A DNA stretch of 64,000 bases from Amphiscolops sp. MND2022. Its lineage: Eukaryota. The DNA lies in NCBI GenBank assembly GCA_964187785.1, contig OZ076409.1:19656001-19720000 (forward strand), given 5' to 3'. Each line of letters starts with the position of its first letter. Position 1 is the first letter of the stretch. A model generated the notes under the pieces. The model was given only the letters and a program-made list of their open reading frames with translations. It was not told the origin of the DNA and searched no databases. Shown here one piece after another: positions 37,177 to 48,225 of this stretch. The position numbers and the translations under genes are program-made.

Positions 37177-40100
37177 CCCGGAATAGCATAGCGGTATGTA
37201 TTCGTACCACTGCAAGCAACGTGCCCGACAGAATAAGGCCCTCATGAAATCTCCATTTCTATTGGCTTAGGCGAGAGCCGAGCACATGAGTCGAATAATC
37301 CGTCAAATAAAATGGCTCAACTGCCAAATGCTTCGCAGCAAACCTGACATGAAATACGCAACGAAGAAATACGAAACTGCAAAAAACAATACTATTGAAC
37401 ACTCTAGAAATGGAACTGCCGAGTTGAATAGAAAATCAGAAAAATTATGTAAGTATAATTCGTTAATTGCCGAGCAAACAGCCGAGTAACCAAAGAGGTT
37501 GTAAAATGCGCTCGCTCGGAAAATGATTGTTATAAAGCGGTGCATAACTGCACCATTATGCATACAAATACTTTTTCTTTTAATGTTCTTTCAAATTAAT
37601 GATCACTTGTTACAACTAAAAAAGCTGCTTTCTTCAGATAAAAATGAGCTGTATTGCGTTGTGCAATGGGGTTATATTGCACGTGATACTGTGGCTATCA
37701 CGGATCTTATTATGGACCAGAACTTAGCTGTATCCTGAAAATACGACGACAAAGGATCGGAAGAGTACAAAATATTGAAGATACAATCATTGTGGAAATT
37801 TTATGGAAAAAAGACAAAAGTATTAACAGTGTGCACGTTCGCCATTTCAAGCTAAAATCCCCTGAGTCTTACCTGGGCAAGAGAGTATCGTGGAAAGGCT
37901 CGAGTGGTCCAGCTGAAGGAGAAATAGTTCGCAAGATCGCAATGCAAAAGGAAAAAAGGAACTCAGATTGCTTGCAAAAGGAAACTCTAGATGTTCATTT
38001 ACTGACACCAATTCGAACGTCGCAATTACCTCAATTGAGTGAATCATTCGTTACAGAAATGATAAGTCAAACAAATGATATGGAGTTCCCAGAATTTGAA
38101 GATCCATCTGGTAGTAGTTTTTCGCCCGTTCGTTTGGAAACGGAAGCTGTCGCAGAAAATGCAGACGCAGCAGACAATGAAACGAACAATAGGTATCAAA
38201 CTACCTGTCATGTATGTCGCAAAACTTTCAGAGGAAAGAATATATGCATCAATAGCAAGAAACTTTGCCATAAATATTGTTGTGCCTATGATACACAATG
38301 CAGTTTTCAGACCGTCATATGCAAAGATTGCTCTGGCAAAATGTATTCACGTAATTGCTTTGTTGAAAACTGTTTCAATAGCTGCGCTTTCTTTCGCGAT
38401 GGTTGCTGGCAGTTTTTGTGTGATCATCCTTTTGCTGAAGATCGCCAGGAGTGCCGAAAATTGACTAAAAAGTTCCGCAGTCACATCGTTCCGCGAGATA
38501 AAGTGACAACGGAAAACTCTCCAGTATGTACCTGAGACAGCGAGTGCAACGCATCCGGCAACGAGCAGGAGACACTTTCGGATAGCACCAGCGGAATTGA
38601 CCTTGATGATCCTTTGGCTGACTTGATGGGCAAGACAGGATGGAAGCGTAATTTGTACGAGACATCTAAATTCGATTTCGATCAAAACAAACGACAATAC
38701 GAAAAACAACAGAACTACGTACTCCGCTGCAATACTTCCTGGACTATTTCCGAGAACCATTTTTATCAGAGATTGTCGAGTCCAGTATTTTGTATTCGAA
38801 GCAACAAAATCCTGACTCACTGTTCAAGTTATCTACAACAGAGTTGAAACAATTTCTTGGAATAGTAGTCTTTATGACCATTGTGAAATTGGGTGCGAGT
38901 CGACGTTATTGATCAAGACAACTTCATTTGGACTTAGTGGCCGAGACTATGACGTCGGAAAAATTCGAATCCATCATCAGATATTTACACTTCAAAGAAG
39001 GACAAGCAGGTTCAAGAACTCGTAAATTTCAGAGAGTTATAGACCAATTCAACAGCGTGGGTAGTGAATACGAAATGAAAGAACATCTCAACATAGACAA
39101 ACAAATTGTTTCCTACAAAGTCATAAAATCAAGCTTGCGTCAGTACAACCCTAAAAACCCAAACAAATGGGGATATAAAGTAATTTTGCCCTGTGGCGAA
39201 GGTGGAATCATACATCAGTTTGAATTTTATGGACAAGAAGTTACAGTTGACCCTGAGTGGAACATAGTGGGACAGATTGTGCTACGATTGGCCAAGAGTA
39301 TACCTGAGCATAAAAACCATAAATTGTTCTTTGATAATTGGCTCAACTCACCAATGTTGCAAGTCTTGCTGTTTCGTAAAGGAAGTCAGTCAATTGGCAC
39401 CTTACAACTTCCGCGTGCTAAGAATTTGACTTTCCCAGAGCTGACTGAGAAAAAAATTGAAAGAGGAAAATTATTCGTGAAGAGCGCAGTGATCGAAGGT
39501 GTCAGACTATTTGCAACAAAATGGGTTGACAACAGCAGCGTGCACATTCTCAGTACCTTTCCAGCTGGGGATCCTAGTGGAATCATTACCAGATACGATA
39601 TAAAAGTTCAAAAACACGAGACAATTACTGTGCCAAGAGCAATTCTTGATTATAACTCATCTGGGATATGTTGACGAGATCAACTCATACCTCAGTCGCT
39701 TCAGAATGACTACACAAACTCGTAAGACAGCCTATATGAAAATCTTCCTGCATTTCGTGAACATAATGGCAACGAATGCTTGGCTAAAATATCGAGATGA
39801 TGCTCTAGTGCTCAAAGAGCCTAAAAAAGACATTTGGTCACTTTTCGATTTCAAATTTGAAGTCGCGTATGGCCTCAAAAAATGTGGAACAAGTCTGAAA
39901 CAAGGAGGAGGAAGACGTAGTGAGCTTCAAAAAGAATTGGACAGAAGAGCGCAAAAGAAAAGTACTACTCTGCTTCCTACTATGGATATTCGCTTGGACA
40001 ACACTGGGCACTAGCCAGCTGTTGCCACGGAAAGAGGACCCCGTTGCAAGATTCCAGCATATACGTCGCTGCCAAAAACTTACTGCGTGAAGTGTAATAC

Positions 40101-40433
40101 ATACCTTTGTATGAATCAACATAACTGTTTCTTGGCTTTCCATAGCGTTGACTTCCAGTTCTGAATTGAATTGCTTCTTATGATTTTTGTTTTCAACTTA
40201 GTGGTACGTCTCTGCTCCAGTATTGCTCATGCATGGCGCAGAGTGAAAATGTGGCGCAGATTTGCACCACTTTCGTCATATGATTTTTTGGTGCAAAAAA
40301 AACCACCTTCTTTCCGGAAGGAGGGAAAGCGGTAAATTTTTTTCGATACCCAGTGCACAGCTACTATGAGAGAACGTATTTTTCAAGAAAATCTTTGGGA
40401 TATATTCATAGTAAAAAACCATGCTATTCTGGG
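37177..40433 (+). mobile_element. Full-length piggyBac DNA transposon (3257 bp)
   Basis: TTAA on both sides; TIR CCCGGAATAGCAT / ATGCTATTCTGGG (12/13 match); internal piggyBac transposase. Confidence 0.95.
37792..40164 (+). pseudogene. piggyBac (PGBD-type) transposase, disrupted by stops and frameshifts, with an extended Cys-rich N-terminus
   Basis: Motifs ELKQFLGI, IIRYLHF, LNIDKQIV, LRQYNPKNPNKWGYK, FFDNWLNS, KWVDN...VHILST, YVDEINSY, plus a C-terminal Cys-rich domain (CKIP...YCVKCNTYLC...CFLAFH). Breaks near 38533, ~38745, ~38910, ~39655 and 40012. Confidence 0.9.
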
Positions 40434-40977
40434 TTAAGCGCTAATTGTTTTACCGATAAAGGATTACCTAGCTTTTATTCGGTTTGCAAAGTTTCGTCGG
40501 TTGATGGAAAAAGAATTGGAATCAGATTTGCGAACCCGTTTCCCAAAAAATCCAAAGAAACATTAATGAAAGCAGGGCTTTGAAATTGCATTTTTTCGAT
40601 AATCGCTAAACAGCTCATTTCAACATCGCTATTACGCTGAGAAACTTTTCCTTCAAATTATTGAAGCTTTCACCTCAAGTTTGTTTTGACTTTATATGAC
40701 TCTCCTAATTCAGATTATGCAAGACAAAAGACAAGTATTTTTCAAGGGGAAGAGTTGGAATTTTTGAAAACTCTTTATGAAACTCGTGTACACTCAGAGT
40801 AAATTTTGAATATTTGGATAAACTATTAGTTGCCGCTCACTTGAATCGTTAAAATAAAATCGTTAAAATGTTTACCGGCCGCTAACTCGCTAAGTCGCTA
40901 ATTAGTGGTGTCTAAACTCTGATTGAAAGTCAGAATATTGCATATAAACCAGTTACTTGATTTTTTTGAAATTCCAG

Positions 40978-41215
40978 CCCTGGAGGCCAAGCAAAGCCAT
41001 TGATTGGGGGAGGGTATGGCACCGCGTCAGGGAACAGCTACAGAAGTGTGAATGAGACTCCTCTGAACTACAGCAGCATCGCCAATGGAGGAATGCCCTC
41101 TGAGGGAACAGCTGGCATCCCCATGCATCAGACCCCCTCATACACCCCTGGAGTGGCAGTACCCACCCTGTCCGTAGATGACGTAGTAGAGGATCTAGGG
41201 TTCGGAATGTACCAG
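40978..41215 (+). CDS. SVOP: SVOP-like exon 2
   Basis: ttccAG acceptor; encodes ...TLSVDDVVEDLGFGMYQ, the typical SV2/SVOP N-terminal motif; phase-0 donor GTTGGT. Confidence 0.88.
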
Positions 41216-42575
41216 GTTGGTAATTGCGCTAACTCTCAGTTAGAACAACTGTTTTTCCTGCAAGGATTTTTTAAAAATATTTCAAATTCTTGCAAAATGA
41301 TGAATTTTCTTGAATTTGAAAGAATGTTGCAAGATCCTTGCAAGCGAAGCTATTCTTTCAAAGATTGCAAAAAAACTTGCAAAAAAGTTTTATTTCTGCA
41401 AAATCTTGGAAAACGTTATTTTTGAAGAGTTTCAAAAGGTTGCATTTCCTTGTGAGGAATTGTATTTTTTGAAACGGGAAAGCTTCAGTAAACAACTCGA
41501 GAACAAAGAAAGTCTCGGTTTTTAAGACTTTTTGAGATTGCCCTCAATTTTGTATCTATGTCTTCATACTTTTTGTCACTGAGTTTTATCATCAAAGTTT
41601 AGCGACAATACCAGCCGGCTTGAAATTGCGAATTAGTGACATGCTTTATGCTCAAAAAATCATCGCCGTATCAACCTTTAAAAAGCTATAGATAGTTGAG
41701 ATTTGCCAAAGGTGATAGTCAATAACCAGAACCTGGGTAAGCTAAATTCCTGCAAAAATGATAAAATCTTCAAAATAGTTGTTTGTTGCAACAATGTCTG
41801 TGTGTATCGTTACAAAGTTTTGAAATGTAGACATTTTGTTTTATAAATGCCGCACAGAAGCGTGATTTTTTTACTACGTTCTGGATAATAATAGTGACTT
41901 TATTCTGAATATTAGAAAATATCTGTTTCATTGACAGTATACGCCATCATACGCGTTTTCCTAATTAAAACTTCAGGAGCTTTTTACATGCTGCAGAAAT
42001 GCAAATCATGCTTCAGGGATGAGAATCATGCAACAAATAGTTGAGTTCTCATCTGCTAGTACTTTTTATGATCATTTCTCATCAGGTAAATTCTGAAGAT
42101 ACTTCATGAACAACCTTAGTTAGTTATTAATTCCAAGGACACTCTTACTGACCCATGTGTTGTGCCGATATCTAGGAAAATTACTCGCCGGAAACAACTG
42201 GTCAAAAATACAAGGCGGAAAGCACCAAGAATCAACAAGGGCCAAATATAAGGCTAATTTTGTCACCTTATTGTATTACGATCAATATTTTTACACTATG
42301 AACTATAAAAGTAAGACATTTCAAGCAATTATATGAGTAAAAAAGCTACATTATGCGTCAAAGTAAAAATTATACGCTTTAATTAAGGAAAATTAATTCA
42401 TAATTGGAACTCTTGTGTTTTTCTGGTGGGACTCATAATTTTTCTTGTGTGTTAATAACAGCCAGTTAGTAATCTGTAATGTTTTCGGCAAGTTTGCACC
42501 TAATTGATAATGGTCGAGTTAATTTTCAACCAGTTTTCCTCCCTTCAATTTCGACTACTGTGCCATCTGCTTCAG

Positions 42576-42933
42576 GTGAAGATCATAGCTCTGGCAGGTC
42601 TGGCGTGGATGGCGGAGAGCATGATGGTGAACGTGCTGGGCGTGTTGGGTCCGGAGATCTACTGTCGCTGGAGACTGTCGGCAGACGCAGAGGCCTCCAT
42701 ATCAATAGCCGGCTTCCTCGGCCTCATGCTGGGCTGTGTAGTGTTCGGATACATCTTCGACAGGTACGGCCGGCGATTCGGCATGCTGTTGTCTGTGGGA
42801 TGGTCCGCCGTCTTCTGTCTCATCACCGCTTTCTCCACCAGATACCTCTTCTTAGTCATTAACGTCTTCTTCATGAGCTTCGGCGCCGGGGCCAGTAGTC
42901 TGGCTGCCGTCTATTCCTGCGAATTCATTCCAG
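42576..42933 (+). CDS. SVOP: SVOP-like exon 3
   Basis: VKIIALAGLAWMAESM...CRWRLS...GYIFDRYGRR (MFS motif A)...YSCEFIP; AG/GT boundaries are phase-consistent. Confidence 0.93.
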
Positions 42934-42971
42934 GTATTTTGCACACACGGATTTGTATTGATAACAATATA

Positions 42972-43374
42972 CGGGGTCTTTCAGAAATTATGTGTCAAAA
43001 CTATCTCCAAATTGTGCGAAATTGGTCAAATTTGACAAGAATGGTATTTTTTTTAGGTTTTTTAGAGAAACATTGGTACTTTTGTATGATGTTTTTTGTT
43101 TCGCTCAATTTTGTTGTTGAGTGGAAATTTCAATTTTTCACATTTCCTCTTTCCGGCCATGAACCAACTTACTCAATATTCGGAAGCAATTACAGTTGTG
43201 CAAAGATGAGAATGGAGGTCATTTCCAGCACCTAATGTTGTGAATAAACTTTTAATGTACCAAAAACAAAAGTTACATATATTGTTGAAAATCTGTTAAA
43301 AATCGTTACATTGTGAATAGTAGTTTTTGAGATATTTGAAATTAAAGTTGACACATAATTTCTGAAAGACCCTG
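42972..43374. mobile_element. Tc1/mariner-type MITE (403 bp)
   Basis: TA TSD; ~27-bp TIR CGGGGTCTTTCAGAAATTATGTGTCAA / TTGACACATAATTTCTGAAAGACCCTG with 1 mismatch. Confidence 0.9.
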
Positions 43375-43905
43375 TAATTTATAAAAACACGACCCTCAAT
43401 TTTCAAATTCTCCAAGAACAATCTAAGAACAGAACTAGCTTCTGGTTACCTCATCTTGTAGAAAAATCTAGACTTTTCAAGAAAATTATTTTCAAACAAA
43501 ATCACTTCGCAGTCGGTAAAAAGGGAGTATCAAAAATTCCAATACAGAGGAGAGGATGTTCTCATGATGAGTATTTTCACTAAGACGTAAATAACGATCG
43601 TGATCGTTTGTCGCTTTTTGTTTGTCTGTGGTTTTTCGCAATCAATGTAGGCAAATATTGCAAACACTTCAACAACATTTAAACCCCAATTTTAGATACT
43701 GGAAGAGAACTCATGAAAAAAGTGCGCGTATAAACGAGAAGAGAAAATTTATCATACTGTGAGAAACATTGGATATTCAAAGGTTGACTTGGATACTAAA
43801 AGTTAAACGTTTCACAAGACTGTTTCAGTCCTAACTTCAATCCTTATTTTTTGCAATATATAATAATCAATTGAATAACTAATTTGAGTATATATTTATT
43901 TGTAG

Positions 43906-44262
43906 TAAAGATGCGTTCGTCGGCCATCTGCATAATGAACTTCTTTTGGGCGGGTGGGGCCTCTCTGACGTCACTGGTGGCTCTCCTATTCCTGGGTGAC
44001 AGTAGGGGGACGGCATCGATGGATGAGTCATACCCATCGACAGTAGACGCCTCCTCGGGGTGGAGATCCCTGGTTGCCTGCTGTTCCCTGCCTCTGTTCC
44101 TGTTCGTGGGTCTGGCTTACAAGTACCTGCCAGAGACCCCCCGTTTCTCTATCACCCGGGGCAACCCCATCGAGGCATCCATCGTGCTGAAAAAGTTCGC
44201 AGATGAGAACAAGAGGAACTGTCCCGTGGGAAATCTCATTGCTGATCAAACTTCTCCTCAAG
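43906..44262 (+). CDS. SVOP: SVOP-like exon 4
   Basis: KMRSSAICIMNFFWAGG...GWRSLV...LPETPRF...KKFADENK; phase 1 at both ends, matching neighbours. Confidence 0.93.
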
Positions 44263-44762
44263 GTTATTTCAAGTTATGCAAATGCAAACGTGGCGGCACA
44301 GATATTAGTGGAAAAAAGTAAAAGAGCAGCTGAAAATTACGACTTTCATGCTTTGAGGTACAAACTAATTGCTGCGTAGCAGACAGTAGTATATCGTCAG
44401 ACAAAAATACCTGCTAACTGGTAATTAGACTATGAGAAGCAAAGAGCGAAAGGAAATTTGAAAGGAAATTTGAAAGAGTAAAATTGTAGTACTAGAAACA
44501 GTGATAACAGTTACATGACATTTCATCCTATGCAATTTCAATCGTTGACAATTTCAACCTATTGCGTTTTCATCCTTCCGCAATTTCGACCCAAATTAAA
44601 AAGACAAAACCTATCAAAATTGACTTGAAAACTAAAACATTTGGTTTTAAGAATGTTTGAATGGTCATTTTTGCCCTAAACAATTTTTTCGCAAGGATCC
44701 TAATTAGTTATGTAATTGTTTTAGGTCTTTTTCATTTTCAAACATTCCTAGAACCAAGTGTG

Positions 44763-45452
44763 CTAGTTTTTAGCCACTTTTGATAGGTTTTGGCTTCTAT
44801 AGGTGTCGTAACCATTTTCGACATCACTGTGGTGAGAATCTACTGAATTCTCTCTACAGTGATTTATTCGGTCACTTCTCATCGTTACTAACCTGGGAAA
44901 ATCATTTTGAACATCCTCAGCCATGTGGCTGACATTTTCAGGATGCAGTCTATTTGACTGAAGATTTTTCTGAGGACGTACTTGACTGAAATTACCCGGA
45001 TACAGTCCGTCTGACCGAAGGTCCAAATTTGTATTTTTAGCTAAATTTCGGTTTTTGACAGCATTTTTGATGCTTGGTAACACCTTTCTCTCTATTACAG
45101 CATTGATAGCGTCCAATATTTGAGAATTTAGGTTTGTTTGCATTTCCTCAAGTTTTCTAGACATTTGCGAAGAAATCTCAGAACTAACGGCTCTGCTTGT
45201 TTCCACAGTTATTCCACTATTTTCTTTAATGTTAGAGTTCAAATAAGACCTGTAGTCATTTTCGTTATGATTCGAACTTTCTTCTCGTCTATTTGACTCT
45301 AAGTCCATCTCGTTCTCACTTGCTCTATCTTGTACATCACTATCATCTCTTTGATAACTTCCTAACATTACATCAAGGTTTTCGATATCTGACATGGCGT
45401 CAGACTGACGGGAACGTTTCTCTTTAGCTTTCTGCTTTATAGTTGAAAGCAT
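44763..45452 (-). CDS. Uninterrupted ORF starting inside the solo LTR (probable N-terminus of the element's gag-like ORF1)
   Basis: MLSTIKQKAKEKRSRQSDAMSDIENLDVMLGS..., ~216 codons open to the LTR end (…ENGYD), then 13 codons into the flank. Contains a coiled-coil-like ISSQMSRKLEEMQTNLNSQILDAI. Confidence 0.6.
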   Translation of the reverse strand: MLSTIKQKAKEKRSRQSDAMSDIENLDVMLGSYQRDDSDVQDRASENEMDLESNRREESSNHNENDYRSYLNSNIKENSGITVETSRAVSSEISSQMSRKLEEMQTNLNSQILDAINAVIERKVLPSIKNAVKNRNLAKNTNLDLRSDGLYPGNFSQVRPQKNLQSNRLHPENVSHMAEDVQNDFPRLVTMRSDRINHCRENSVDSHHSDVENGYDTYRSQNLSKVAKN

Positions 45453-46350
45453 ATTCAAAAGAGGACTTTGAGTTCAACAATGAATTGTAAGAAGAAACAA
45501 ATTGAACAAATTCGTGTATTGAGTGTATTTCGTTTCATCAATGAATGATTCCCTTTTCAACAAGTTCCGCGTATTTATAGTTATAACTGCATGACATGCA
45601 TAAATTTGTGCGTCAGGTAGCTAAATTTGGGTTGATGTCAGGATAGATTTAGCTTAAGCCCAAATATTACGTTACCAGATTCTAAAAATAGATTTCGAGT
45701 GTTGACATTACGTCACTTTAGGAGGGGAGATATAAATAGTATCAAACTAACAATATATCAGTTTCCATGTAACTAATTCTACTTCGAAAGCAACAATTCA
45801 TGAGGCGGCAACATCAATATCTAACTAAACAATAAATATGACCAAACGTCAGCATGACTGCAGTGAGTAGCTCACACTGCGTTCTGATTGGCTGAAGTAA
45901 TGTTTTGACTACACGTCAGTTTGACTGCAGTAGTTGGTCGGTCAAATACGTTTTCACACTTTCATGCCTGAATTACTGCATATTAAAACACTTTCCAATT
46001 TGTTCTATAACATAACGTTGAAATAACTGCACTAAATACATTTGATGCATCGTATGAATAACAAAAAGATTGCGGCATATTGTATAAAATGATATTAAAA
46101 TCAGCACTTGGAACAGTTAGAGTATAGAGTTGCTGTCCAGTTGACCTGTGGTCAACTTGTAAAAAATACATGTTGTATAAAATAGAGACTGCACTGGTTT
46201 TAAAGTTATAAACTTGTATTAGTTTATCATTGTAAACCTTTTAGGTAGACTAAAGGCTTTATATGGGCAAGACCCCCGGTCCTGGGTGAGTTTGTTCGGT
46301 ATCAGGCACTATCTGATAAGAAGTGCCGTCACAGGCGGCAGCCTGCGACA
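44804..46350 (-). mobile_element. Solo LTR, 1547 bp, 5-bp TSD ATAGG
   Basis: Termini TGTCGTA...TGCGACA; ATAGG at 44799-44803 and 46351-46355; TATA-like ctataaata on the - strand at ~45580. Confidence 0.85.
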
Positions 46351-46633
46351 ATAGGTTAGGTCGAAATTGCGGTTAAGAATTCGATAGGTTGAAATTGTTA
46401 GTGGTTGAATTGACGTAAGGTGAAATGTCCTGACACCGTAATAACATACAGTATCATAATGTATAATTTACTTTCATAATTTTCACCACATAATTTTTTC
46501 AAGTTCTGATGAACGTAAATTCATTTTGATGACTTTAAACTGTCCTCCAACACTTCTCAATTATTACCTATAGTTTTATAAGACGTTAAAACACTAACTA
46601 ATTAAGACTTTGAATATTCAAACTGTGTTTTAG

Positions 46634-46832
46634 GAAGCATAAAGTCTCTAATCAGTTCTTACAAGTGGAGGAAAACAACCCTGTGCATATGCATAATAGT
46701 CTTCGTGGTACGTTTCTGCTATTATGGCACCATCCTACAGACAACCGAAGTGTTCCAAGAACAGGACGTAGGTTCATTCTGTGACGTGCAAGGAGCTCTG
46801 GGGTTATACCGCTGCAACGCAATGTGCAAAAG
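46634..46832 (+). CDS. SVOP: SVOP-like exon 5
   Basis: GSIKSLISSYKWRKTTLCICIIVFVVRFCYYGTILQTTEVFQ, matching the SVOP 'RWTTL...FSYYG...TTELFQ' segment; phases consistent. Confidence 0.92.
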
Positions 46833-47504
46833 GTACATTTTTATTCATTTCATCTCTAAATTATCTCCCATCAATTCGGCTCTTCCAGCTGTGTTTCAGG
46901 AAAGTTACTGACAGATTCCCGCCCCCAAAGGAATTTCAAGAAAAAATTTCCTAAACAGCCTACGCTGGGCCTCAGCCAATTCATGCATATCCAATTTTGA
47001 ACGGATGCTTTTGACATTTGGTGCAGAAGATTTATATTGTATTTTTTGCCAAGAAAAAATTCCTTTTTCAAAAAAGATGCCAACTTTCAAGAAAAACGTG
47101 TTTCATAATTTCGCTTTTTTTTCTACCGTTTTTCATTCATTATTCATTCCACTTTTCTGTTGAAAGGAGCCTTTTTTCATATAAAGAACTCCAAACTCAG
47201 AAAATATTTAGTTGCTCTTTAACGCATTAATGAAAAAGCTCGGTTTACAGACGAAAGCCAAAATTCGCAAGTGTATTCAGCAACGTATTGTTCCATGACA
47301 TTAACATTAATGCTACTGTAACGTGACTTTCATTTTAGCTCTTTTCAGACTTTAGCAGCTAACATTTGTGTGGGGAATTTAGAGAACTTTTTCTTGGAAC
47401 AGATTTGTTTAGGAGAATGGTCAATCATGAATAATTAGGCAGACATCCTTATGATGAAATTTTTCAAGAACAATGCTGGGATGCTTATTAGTATATAATG
47501 CTAC

Positions 47505-48225
47505 TGTAACGGCAAGCAGTAGTCGCGACCGCTTAACACATTACTAGAGATGGAGGAGCCTGTAGAATGGGACTAGCTCCCATCGCCACAAGTCCATTTT
47601 GCCTCCAGAGTGAAATAAGTCCCGCGGGGCCGTGGGGATGTCCCGCTTCGGCTGAATACTTACCGACCGGCCCTAGGCTTTGACTCCTATAAGCAAAGGT
47701 CACCTTTCTGCCATTCTGAGAACCACCACTCGAATAACTTAAAAACTTCACCTAGAATGGGGTAAGTTTCCAATTACAGGCTGACAGGGGATTGTGATCT
47801 AAAATCGCCAAAAGTAGCTCTCATGCTCAAAAATAAGCATGTAAACAGTGATAATCTATACAACCATACATCGAAAGGTAGAGCTCCTAGTACCAAACGA
47901 AGATATTCAAGCTGAGGACTCATTTTTTGGTTTTCGCTACTTTAGGGAGCGTTTTGCGAAAAAAAATCATCAAAACCGTGGAGTTAGCACCTGTAAATTC
48001 ATTCCTTAAAGAGACATTTTTGTCCTCAGTCTCTGTCGGCCTTCGGGCTCTATCAGACTTCTCTCGTTTTCGTTTTTTTTAAAGAAAAATTGCGGAAACA
48101 GCGAAATGAACAATCACATGCCCAATTCCACGTCAAATTTCGGCTTATAAGTTCAAAGCAACTTCTGCAACATCATCTCAGTTATCTCCAAACGGTCGTA
48201 AACTTGCCTCACCAAAACTGTGGCT
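47505..48225 (-). repeat. Diverged relative of the 2728/10501 LTR family (probable solo LTR)
   Basis: Starts TGTAACGGCAAGC (vs TGTAGCGACAAGC) and shares agtccattttgcctcc, gactcatttt, gttagcacct and aatcacatgc...ccacgtcaaa in colinear order. Right end uncertain. Confidence 0.6.

Larger units (their letters stand above)
44508..46438. mobile_element. MITE (~390 bp once the insertion is removed) with ~80-bp TIRs made of ~15-bp caatttcaacc-type subrepeats; hosts a solo LTR
   Basis: 44508-44590 (cagttacatgacatttca...caatttcgacc) is the diverged reverse complement of 46358-46438. Confidence 0.65.

Noticed and set aside
42934..43235. Extension of ORF 42504-43235 beyond exon 3
   Set aside because: It reads through the GT donor into a Tc1/mariner MITE; intronic.
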